Part shown: in pieces, positions 50,632-61,938 of the stretch
Layout: each line of letters opens with the position of its first letter
Position numbering within the stretch: position 1 is the stretch's first letter
Source: Laetmonice hystrix
Taxonomy: Eukaryota
Direction: 5' to 3'
DNA: 64,000 nucleotides
Assembly (NCBI GenBank): GCA_965235115.1
Contig: OZ249436.1
Coordinates: 27,654,001-27,718,000, forward strand
Program-made: the position numbers and the translations under genes
Notes under the pieces: model-generated
What the model saw: only the letters and a program-made list of their open reading frames with translations
What the model was told of the DNA's origin: nothing
Database searches by the model: none

Positions 50632-51082
50632 AGGGATGGAAAACACACACGGCAAATAAGGTTTCGCAGACCAAATGAAACACCAGCATTTACCTCAGGG
50701 CAATAAATGCCACAATTACGTTGTCTGAATGAAGTAATTAACGTGTAACTGCCCGATGTGTGACGCCGCTGGTTCTAACCTTGCTCTGCTTGTGTGTTCA
50801 TCACCTCGGACTTTTACAAACGTTAGGACTCCAAACATCGTGTAGACAAGGTCTGTGAGCAGAGTAACACGTAATGTTACGCAATACGCCGTGGTATGCA
50901 GCATTCGGCTCTGATGAACACACAAGCAGGTCAAGGTCAGGAACCAGCGGCGTCACACATCGGGCAGTTATACACGTTAATTACTTCATTCAGACAACGT
51001 AATTGTGGCATTTATTGCCCTGAGGTAAATGCTGGTGTTCCATTTGGTCTATGAAACCGTGCCGTGTGTGTTTTCCATCCCT
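50632..51082. mobile_element. Long-TIR foldback MITE with TTAA TSD
   Basis: ~170-bp near-identical inverted arms starting AGGGATGGAAAACACACACGGCA; TTAA on both flanks; ~110-bp spacer. Confidence 0.88.
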
Positions 51083-52798
51083 TTAACACTCCCAGAGTCG
51101 GGTCCCGGATTTTGATAAGGGGGGGGGGGAGGGTCAACATGGTCAATGCAGAAAGTTTTATAGCGGGAAAAAAGAAAAATCGGTTGCCAAGGGAGGTTAA
51201 ACCACCCCAAGCTTGCGGCAAGCGTTTGCGTCTATTTTGTCGGTCGGTCGGATAATGCCAATATCTATACATAGTTATAAAGTAAAATAAATTGTAGGAA
51301 AATCAGCACTTCGGGATTCATATGCAAAATAAAATATTCGGGAGACTATGTATGTAAGCCTGTAGATCTATACGTGGCACATGTGCCACCAGTGAATATT
51401 TTATGGGATCATTACCGGATCGTCTGCAAAGCGAATGTTGTAACAGGTTTCAGAATCGATACATAGATCTATTGATGTTGGCAGGATAAAAACATTTCGG
51501 TGTGAAAATGTAAAAGGGTTGGCATGTCGGAGAGAAATATATTCTAATCGTATGAGTAACACAACCTAATTCCGCGACCAGGACAATAAAAATGCTAACG
51601 GTTTTTGATTAATCAGGCCTCTTTTGCTGCAGCATTTTCCAATATGATCAATTTATTGATCCAGAATGAAGGTATGCTCACCAGTGTGCCTACCACTAAT
51701 ATAGCCTACGGAAGAGATTAGACGTCAGTGAGGCTGCTTTAAAACCACTCTGATGAAATATGTGCATCCAACGTTAAAGGATTTACATTGTATGTCAATC
51801 TGGTTGAGCGTCATTGGAATCCAGTTCGGCCGGGTTTCATGCTTACCTCGTCAAAAGCCTTCTGTCAAATATGTTTAATATACATTGTACATAGGTTTTG
51901 TGAACAGACTGCGACGAAATGCACTGTCACCCTCACATTCTACATTTCTGGTCAGGATCGCTCGAAAGCAAGGCTGGGGCCATACTGCTTCTTTAGCGGA
52001 ACCGTAGTGCACACTGCATGCGAACAACGATATAGTTCTCCTACGAAACCGTTCTGTTTCTGAACATCTTTACGCCATAGCTATTTAACAGTACATCGCT
52101 ACTTAAGTCACCATTGCCAATTTGTCCATTGTATATGAAATAGTTGACTTAAATCCTTCCATAAAATAAAACTGCTTCCATATACGCCTACAGTAAACAC
52201 GTCCATATATCACGCATATGAAGTGAAGGTTGGCAAAAATTTGCGCTCAAAATAGGGTAGTTTTCCATTGAACTGAAAAAGACGCTCGTCTTTTGGCGGT
52301 TTGTTTTCACATATAAGAGGTAGAAGGAATTATTTTCAATACTTGCTGTACATTATCGGGTTTTACATTCACGGTTAGGGTTAAGTTAAGAATCGTAGAT
52401 CTACAGGGTGTCTCCCCCAAAAAGTAGTCCATGTTCAAAGGGTCATTATGACTAAACATCAATTCACATGTCATGTGAAATCCTGCTTGGGACAGTTTCA
52501 ATGCCTTCAACGCTTACACGAAATGTTCCCAATTTCTCCGGTTCGGGGATCCCCAGACCCAGTGTTGCGTCTCATAGTGGAACTTTCCAGCGCGGGGAGA
52601 ACAGAACGTTCACTTCTGTGAGGTGTTGCTTGGCTATGACGCTCCCGTTTGGCCGCCTGATCCCTTGTCTGCACGCAGACTTCTTTCCATCCAAAGCCGA
52701 TTTGAGAGTTAGTCAGGGTCGTATTGATAATTTATTGAAGTCAAATTCTATTTAGTTGAGGGGACGAGAGGTCGTGTAGGTTTCATCGGCCTACCTAT

Positions 52799-53358
52799 GG
52801 CTGAGTTCACATAGGAGTATACGGTATACGGTATTCGCAAGCGCTACTCGGTATTCGCTATACGCTATACGGGCACGGCGAGTCACATACAACGAAAGCA
52901 CACGTGCCAATTCCCCTACATATCTGCCCATAGATCTAAAAATCTGGTTAAAAAATACAAAGAACTGTATGAGGCTAAACTTTTAAACACAGGCACCCCA
53001 GACTGAGATATACAAGCCGCCTGCCGCCCGCCAGTGTCTTAATTCCCGACATGAATTGAAAGGTGCCCCCTGCCCCTCCCCTTGAACCGATTTCTTTGAA
53101 ATTTTTTGAACCAATACCCCTATATATCGGCCCTTAGATCTGAAAATTTAGTTAAAAATATCAGGAACTGTGTAAATGCTGAACTTTTAAACACAGGCAC
53201 CCCAAGGTATACGCTGCACTAAAATCGAACAAGCACGATTCCCACTATACAGTACTATACTATACGCAGCTATACGGCCTTTTCGAATAGTGCCCTCTGA
53301 TGTGACTCGGTATTATAAGATCCTATGTTCCTATGTGAACTCCTATGTGAACTCGGCC
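52799..53358. mobile_element. Harbinger-like MITE
   Basis: TIR GGCTGAGTTCACATAGGAGT / ACTCCTATGTGAACTCGGCC (19/20); internal direct repeats containing AACTTTTAAACACAGGCACCCCA. Confidence 0.7.
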
Positions 53359-54507
53359 TAAACGAATCAGAACTTTGGCGTACGCCGGGAGGGGCAGCGG
53401 CCAAGAGCCGCCAATGGGCTGCCCGCGGTGAGGTGCGAGTTGACTATAAAAAAATATTAGAGTCAGTCGCCTGGGTGCGGGTTGACCTGTTACCGTTTGG
53501 GTTGTGAGGCGATCGGCGCCGAACTAATATCAAACTTTTTTATATTGAATCGGGGGGCGATCGGGAGTTGTTCGTGGCGGCTGGATCCCGACTGACCAGA
53601 TGTACTTACAAGTGTCAGATCCACTGGCGCCGGATCACGTCCAGAATTTTTCAGGCAATCAGGACGTGATCGACCCCGATTTTGTCCAGTGCGTCATAGC
53701 CTTAAAAAACCTGATATTTCGGCCGCTGGTTATGATAAAAAGTACTACACAATGGTAGCATAGTAAACCATGATTTTCAAGACAGCTCCGAAACTGTCAG
53801 TGTCAGATACACGTTCGTTACCACACCTACTTCCGGTAAGCAAAACGTCACTTTTGGTGGGGGAATCTGAAGGAATAATTCAGCACCTCACCCATCAAGG
53901 TTCAGGATTTCTTTACCCGTATTCAACATGAAGTCAACTTCTTCCCTTGGCTCTTTGCTCCTCACGGGAGAAGTTGACTTCATGTTGAATACATGCCATT
54001 TTCAAAACAATGGTGCTCAGTGATAAATGGCTGGAGTAAGATAACTGGAAAACTCACCACCTCTACTTTATGCTGAATGTTAATGTGAATTAAAATATAG
54101 TTTGGCCATAATGGCCCTTTGAACGTGGATTACCTTTTTTGAGACACGCTGTAAATATATGGTTAGAATGAGCATCTGGTCTCGCCCCCTTGATGACGTC
54201 AGAGCCAGTTGCTGACTTGAGCCATCGGGGTTATTTATCAAGTTACCGTATCAAGACTGAACCATTGACAAGTTTACACAAACATCAGACCCTATTATTT
54301 TTAAATAACTGACTTTTTTAAAAGCCGGATTGTAATTCTGGCCGCGTTCTGGCATGCAACATAGGCGGTTTCTCCTCGACAGTGTCCGTGAGTTTCCGAC
54401 CTTCGAGAAATTCGAGAAATACCGTATAATACACGTTACCCCTGAATATGGGAATATCAAGGAAAAATAACTAAACAAACAAAATATTTATCAGCTAGAT
54501 AAGTTAA

Positions 54508-54851
54508 AGGGAATAGAAAAGTTCCTCACTAACGTAGGCCTACCTTTGAACACCAGTAACACATATATAAAGTGTCTAAGGTCACACCGAAAAGTGGAAT
54601 ACTGTCAACGGCGACTTTTTAAAAAAACCGCCGGGGTCATTCGCTATTTCCCACGCGAGACAGCGGAGCTATATCTATTAATAGATTGAGGTAAGGGCCA
54701 AATAGGGTAAACAAACCGACGAAGCCCACGGGAGAATGTCTCTACATTTCGGTTGATTATTCCTTTATTAAAGATCAGATAATCACAGAATTGTAGGTAC
54801 AAGCTTGTTCATGCTGAACACCCTTATATAGTTTGAACTTTTCTATTCCCT
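54508..54851. mobile_element. Kolobok-like MITE (TTAA TSD)
   Basis: Perfect 17-bp TIR AGGGAATAGAAAAGTTC / GAACTTTTCTATTCCCT flanked by TTAA. Confidence 0.82.
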
Positions 54852-57800
54852 TTAAGTCTGCATCTCTATACAAACAATCGATGCCCCACAGCGCCACCTA
54901 TATCTCTGTACCCCGGTCCGGCGCACTCGGTCAGAACACGCGCATGCCATCTCAGTCCAAGGTCCCTGAAGACTGTGGAGCGCACTCCGCTCTTCATCTC
55001 AGTCCGGCATCCTACTGGTCACGGTCCACACGTCGTGTGACCGACACCCACCCGTGGAGCTAACACCAAGCACACACAAACACATACGACTCACGCCGCT
55101 TTTCTCTGTAACTTTTGGGCTCGATCCTAACTTGTGGTAAATGTGGGCGACGTGAAACAGACGTGAAAGCAGCGCAGGGAAGAAAACCGACGATATAACA
55201 GAGCAATTGAGGTAAGTAGGCCGGCGCAATAATAATTAGTATTTTCTATATCGTCGGCGGGGAGAGGGGAAGGGGCGCGATTGCCCCCCCCCCCCAACTT
55301 GGGAATAGTAGAAGATCTAGTCCCCACCCCATTATTTGCCAGTTATATTCTATTAATTGAGATGCCAATGCCAGGAGATCAAAAATCACGAAACCGAAAG
55401 TCACACTTAGCTTTGGACCACAGAAGCCTCTGGATGCTTGGCATTGTCTTTTTTTTGACATTTAGCTTATTTAGTAAAGTTCTTATCTATTTTAGGGATT
55501 CCAGGCATCACTATTTCAATATGATGTCCTATTCAGTGGCAGCAGTAACGAGACAAAGTTTACCTGTTGATACATATTTGATGAAGAATTTTTCAGTGGT
55601 AGAATTTGCTAAAGGGAGATGGGGGGCGGGGTCAGCATGGTCATTTCATAAAGTTCTAGGGAGGGGGGGGGGGGAGAGAAAAATTGGTTGTCAAGAGGGG
55701 GTTCGCTTTGCGCCGACGCCGCATGGCCCTTAGGGTCATATCTCAGCCTGCCTTCCGCCCCCCCCCCCAATGAAAATATGCTTCCCACGCCTATACACCA
55801 TGTGTGCCACAGACGCCTGCTTTTCGTTTACGTAGGGAGCGATTTGCCGCGTATAAACTAAGGTAGGTCCATGAAAGGTCAAAGTCGCAAATTAAACCTT
55901 GCGGCCATGTCGATATTTTGTTTCGTCTTGGGAGTTGAAAATGAAGGATGCCTCTGTTAACAACACGTATAACCCACCGAGACACGAAATGGATGTGAAT
56001 AACTGGGGAAATGTTTCCCAATTGTTCCAGCTTGTCCCATGGGAGTTCCCTGGAGGGTTCCTGTATAATAGTATATAGTCGTCCTTTCAAAGTGGTCATG
56101 TATCTTTGGGGTTCTCGTAATTTATATAAGGAAGTTTTCTGTCTATGCTTAAAATTCACACTTTACCCTGATGTTCTTGGTTAATGGTGAGCTCATGGCA
56201 TGGAATCTCACGTGTAACTAGTAGGCGATATAACAATAACCAGCAGTAAATTGACAACCAGGGTTTATTTACTTTATACAGTGGTGTTTTCAGACTTTTG
56301 GTCTGTGGCGGTGTCGGATTAAATTATGAGTGTGTAGAAGTATACAACCTCAACGAAACCATGTTTTGTACCAGAATGACGTTCCCAGCCAAATCTAAAG
56401 TATTCTGGACTCTAATTACAAACAACCATTATTTAGAACCTTGGACCTTGAGGGATTCCTGCAGACATTCACTCATTATGTCATTAAGTACCCTTTGAAA
56501 ACATTAATTAATTACAGAGAGTAGCCAGCGTGTTCCTGCAGGGTATGGCAGTAAGACGTTTCATGTGTCAGGATTAATTTGTTATTCTCTCACCTTGCGG
56601 GGGATCCATGTGGCATGGAGTAATGAGCTTGGCGGGGACCAGATGACGTCAGCCAGATGACGTCACCAATATATATCAAGATCTACATTTGCCAGTTTAT
56701 CGAATGTATTTAAGTAAGTTTTATTCGAAGTAGAGTTTCCCGCGACTGTGAAGTGCAGGTTTCAGAAATAAACTTATATGCTCATACTGGTCTCCGGATG
56801 CCGTCAGAAATATGGGCAGTCAAACGAAGGACCGGCCCATGTTGTCAACCTAATTAAATAGATGCGTTTTATAGGATGGACGTATTTTGTTAAACCGGTT
56901 TTAATTAACGGAGCGTTACAAGAGCGGACGTTTAATTTCAAAGAGAGATATTGGTTTCTGAAGAAAAAACATATTCCTGAAAGGATATAGAAACCAAATG
57001 TTGGCCTATTGAAAGCCTGTAAAGAGTGATTAGTTTAATGCGGTTTGCATTCCCATTCAACATCAACAAAATGCAAAAACCATTATAGACATATACCTGT
57101 CAAATGTTTAAAGTTCATGACAGGAACTTTATTGTATATCATTTTAGTCAAGGATGGAAACCATGCGGAATATGCGAATACCTATGTATGATATTGAAAT
57201 ATATGTTCACCTGAGAAATAGGAAATTCATTAATTGGTTTAAAGACAAAGATAACTTTGTTATCGACCCTTTTACCCTCGTTTCTGCGAGGACGAAGGAA
57301 TGCAACCAGTACCTGCCACTGTCGATCGATCTATTCATATCGACTCCAGCAGGTAAAACTTCCCATGTTGGTCCAATACGCGATTGATAGAGCCTTTATT
57401 GGGGACTCCAAACTGTAAGAAAACACAGAAGGGGCAAGCAAATATAATAATACGCCGGAGAGAGGCCCCAAATTGGGGCGTATTTATCAAATGACTCGAT
57501 AATGGCCATTCTTTTAAGGGCAACAATTTCGCTAGGCGTTCACACATGCAATATTGACGCCCCTCGGGGCTTTGCAAAAACCAATCAATCGCTTGGACCA
57601 ATAGCTGGCACTTCTGCTTTCATCAGCAGGAACGAAGTTCACCATCGCTTTACGACCGGATCATGGTGACGGCCTCGAGTTATTGCCGAAGTGCAACAAT
57701 ACAGGATTTCAATGCCATGGGATATACCGCGAATATTGGCTTCGGCTCTGTACAAGTACTAAACAGATGGACACTTGACAAAATGGCTAGGATACAATCC

Positions 57801-58410
57801 TATATTACAAAGGTTGCAGATGCCTGCCAAAATATCTGTATTCCCATACAAAAGAAGATAAGAAAATTACTGAGCATTCATTCCACCATCCAATTCGTGT
57901 GCACGGGTATTCAATGCACGAAGTGGGATCCTGTTCGCGACTGCTCTTCGGGCAATCGGTAAAAAATATGATTTAAAAGATTGATTAGGGGGTATGGGTC
58001 CGTCAGCAATGAACCAGTGAAGAGGGAAACCTAAGATTGCCATGCTCGTCTGAGACGTTTGACCAATAATCTCACATATTGAATACCAGCCCTTCCTAAA
58101 TGTTGTCTTCCAAGTGTTGAACTATTGCTGCAGTCAATCACCATGAAATTGTGGGATAATGTTCTTACCACGGCACCTGTCACTGAAGCTTTGTTACTGA
58201 CGCTTAGAGAAGAGGGTATCTGTACCCCCCCCAAGGTGCAATAGACAACGAGATGAACAACAAATGAGCAACTATATCAAGTGGATAACAAAGGAACATG
58301 AGTAGCTGTTCTAGATTGCACCATGCGGAATGCATCATTTCAAATGTGGAACCCCATATTTTCCTGGAGAGTATGCAATGCGTGCAGCTTCGGAACAAGC
58401 TGCATAACCG

Positions 58411-59302
58411 CCTTGTACCAACCTCTGGGCATCTTCGAACTGTTCCCTTGTACCAACATCTGGGCATCTTCGAACTGTTCCCTTGTACCAACCTCTTGGC
58501 AATATCTTCGAACTGTTCCCTTGTACCAACATCTGGGCATCTTCGAACTGTTCCCTTGTACCAACCTCTTGGCAATATCTTCGAACTGTTCCCTTGTACC
58601 AACCTCTTGGCAATATCTTCGAACTGTTCCCTTGTACCAACCTCTTGGCAATATCTTCGAACTGTTCCCTTGTACCAACCTCTTGGCAATATCTTCGAAC
58701 TGTTCCCTTGTACCAACCTCTTGGCAATATCTTCGAACTGTTCCCTTGTACCAACATCTGGGCATCTTCGAACTGTTCCCTTGTACCAACCTCTTGGCAA
58801 TATCTTCGAACTGTTCCCTTGTACCAACCTCTTGGCAATATCTTCGAACTGTTCCCTTGTACCAACCTCTTGGCAATATCTTCGAACTGTTCCCTTGTAC
58901 CAACCTCTTGGCAATATCTTCGAACTGTTCCCTTGTACCAACCTCTTGGTAATATCTTCGAACTGTTCCCTTGTACCAACCTCTTGGCAATATCTTCGAA
59001 CTGTTCCCTTGTACCAACCTCTTGGCAATATCTTCGAACTGTTCCCTTGTACCAACCTCTTGGCAATATCTTCGAACTGTTCCCTTGTACCAACCTCTTG
59101 GCAATATCTTCGAACTGTTCCCTTGTACCAACCTCTTGGCAATATCTTCGAACTGTTCCCTTGTACCAACCTCTTGGCAATATCTTCGAACTGTTCCCTT
59201 GTACCAACCTCTTGGCAATATCTTCGAACTGTTCCCTTGTACTAACCTCTGGGCATCTTCGAACTGTTCCCTTGTACTAACCTCTTGGCAATATCTTCGA
59301 AC
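58411..59302. repeat. 38-bp (35-bp variant) minisatellite, ~24 copies
   Basis: Unit CCTTGTACCAACCTCTTGGCAATATCTTCGAACTGTTC; variant CCTTGTACCAACATCTGGGCATCTTCGAACTGTTC. Confidence 0.97.
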
Positions 59303-60277
59303 GGTTTCCACAACTTTCTGCTTTGTGTTTTTCCATTTGAAAAAAACTCGATTCGTTGCCGCCCTAACGGCAATTTCATCTTCGGACTCTATGTGACCCT
59401 TCATTTCCTCAGTGGACTCGGGTCATTTGTCAGGACGGCCTTCAAATAGTGGCCAACCAATAATTCATTGCATGCAACCCAACGCCCCACCTAAGCCCGG
59501 ACGATAGGTTATCTTCTATAGCGTTGACCAGTAGACCGCATTCAGGTCAGAATAAATTACCCTGTAAAGTGCACCAGCATTATGAAATATTTATACTGAC
59601 CATTCCAAGTCCTGCATGTGTACCTGCGATGAAAAGGTATTCAGAATTATTCGGTTTTTATATGCTACTGTAGCTTTAATGTTGTGAGTGGGTTTTGCCG
59701 TAGACGTATACACACGTATGGAAATAGTGCCCTGTCGGTCGTGCTGCAGGCAATCGACTTAATCCACCGAAACAGCTCCCAGAGTCCGACTGATCCGGGG
59801 CGGTAGAGGGCAATCGTTTTGAAAGGCTCGTCAAATTACTGCCCAGCTTATGCCATGCTTCTCTGCTGCCAGCCAACCTCGCTAGATGGGCTTAACCGTA
59901 TCTATGACACCATAACTTTCTACTGCTGATAGAGATCCATTTCAACGACGGGAATCGGAATCTTGGAATCAATATAGGCCCCTTAATATAGTGTTGTTTT
60001 CTTTTCTTTTTACCGTGGTTTAACCGAGGTCAAATGAATAGGAGGGGCATTGGTGATTACATGTATTTGGTTTCGTATAAGAAGGATCGTAAATGTTACC
60101 GAAGACATCTGTTAGGGGCGATAAGATTGTCCCCTCCATAAGCCTATGTTCGTACTTTGGCTGGCTCGTAAATTTACCTATTTTGGAGTTAATTTGCGAA
60201 GTCACATACGAATTACATTCAGACCGGCGCCTCGCCTCTATGGCGCTGGTTTAAAACACTAGCGACGTCAACCCCCT

Positions 60278-60819
60278 CACGGCCTGTAGACGGTCTTACG
60301 TCTCTATGCGCCGACCGTTCGTGCATTTCGATGAGGAGTTCGTGCATCTCGACGTGCCAGTCGGCCCCTGTCACGTCAGAAAACCACACCGTAAAGTTAA
60401 AGTATTAATGATTACGTCTCTTTAACTACACCACGGAATGCCTGAACATGTTAGGAGTGTGTGGACATCAACTTTCCGGCATGTTTTTCTCTGCTTATAG
60501 GCCACACGAATGCACACAGTGCAAAGCAAACCCCGACGTGTTTTTCCCATCATAGGGTGTCTGAACTGTGGAGGCTTACACACAAAAATTATCGTGTTAA
60601 TCAAGATGATACCACTGCATATCCAACCAGCAATATCGTACATGTTCCGTGAGCTTGGAAGTTGATGAATAAACATTCTGAGTAACTCACGGGAAGACAT
60701 TTTAGGAAGGCGTGCTGACGTGACAGGGCCGACTGCCACATCGAGATGCACGAATTCCTCATCGAAATGCACGATTTACGGGTCGGCGCATCGAGACGCA
60801 AGATCGTCTACAGGCCGTG
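60278..60819. mobile_element. MITE with CAC...GTG termini, ~100-bp TIRs and 5-bp TSD (Transib/CMC-like)
   Basis: CACGGCCTGTAGACG / CGTCTACAGGCCGTG; imperfect arms extend to GTCACGTCAG; CCCCT on both flanks. Confidence 0.8.
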
Positions 60820-61655
60820 CCCCTGCCATCCTTTCAGCAATGGTGCAACTCCGTCCAGCAAGTTTGTGTTGGCTGAAGCAGCGGAAGCAAGAGACACATT
60901 TTCCTCCAAACATTTGGATCGGTGTCTACTTCGAGAAAGATTTTGTTAGAAATATCAGAGAGTAAGCTGAGGAGAATCTGTACAGTATATAACTATAAGT
61001 ATAACCCGAGTGCGGGATGGACCGATCTCAGTACGCGTCAGGATAGTTCAGGCCGAGCCTTTAGCCCTGAACTGGCTCCCATCAACTGACTTTCCTTAAA
61101 TCTAGTGAAATCCGAACTTACAAGATGTAACTTATAAGTCGAACAGTTGGCCTCAGTGTCAGGATACATGCAGTCTTCCATGGTTCGCAACTTTGATGTC
61201 AAAATCACTTGGCTCACGATGCGATACATCATGCACAAGTTCAGAGGTTATGTAATCTAGGCACCGGAAACTTTTTAAACCCAGTAGCCGCTGGTCTGCT
61301 CTCTGTGACTATCCATCATCCGCGTGTTGGCCTGCCAATTTTTGATGGTGGTGTATAAGTACTGGCCATTGAGCTGAACGGTTAGGTCCTGACCCTTATA
61401 AAAGCGCTGGAAGTCAGGGAGGCTGGGGTCGCTATTAAAGGCCTCAGCGTATAATGTTGTTGGTCACGATATTAGAGCTTACTCCCCGATATGAAGTGTG
61501 TTGATATACCTTGGTTATCTGAACAACCACCAAATCCCAGTCTCTTTCTTTTGGTAACTATAAGGATCCATGAAACGGTTAGACAACGCAAGGGAGTAAA
61601 GAGAGGAAGTCGGCAGTTAATTTGAAGATCAAAGTCAAGGAAGGTTAGGTGATTG

Positions 61656-61938
61656 CAGGCGCGTGTCCAGGATTTTAGCGGGGGGGGGGGGGGGGCTCAG
61701 GAAATCTTGAAAATTAGAAGCTCTGAGACGAGATTCTCCGCCATTTAGGGGCCATTTTAAGGCATTATATTTTGTGGATTCATCGCTCAATTGTTTCAAA
61801 ACGGCGGGAATGCTTAGAATAAATCGCTCAACGGGTTCAAAACGGCGGGAATGCTTAGAAAAAAAATCTACGTTCTGTGGGAGCAGGGGGGGGGGGGGGG
61901 GTCCGGACCCCCTGGACCCCCCCCCAGACACGCGCCTG
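61656..61938. mobile_element. G/C-run MITE with 5-bp TSD
   Basis: TIR CAGGCGCGTGTC / GACACGCGCCTG; GATTG on both flanks. Confidence 0.75.

Noticed and set aside
58204..59404. Six long ORFs of 141-354 aa as protein-coding genes
   Set aside because: They are entirely explained by a stop-free 38-bp minisatellite and have no recognisable domain.
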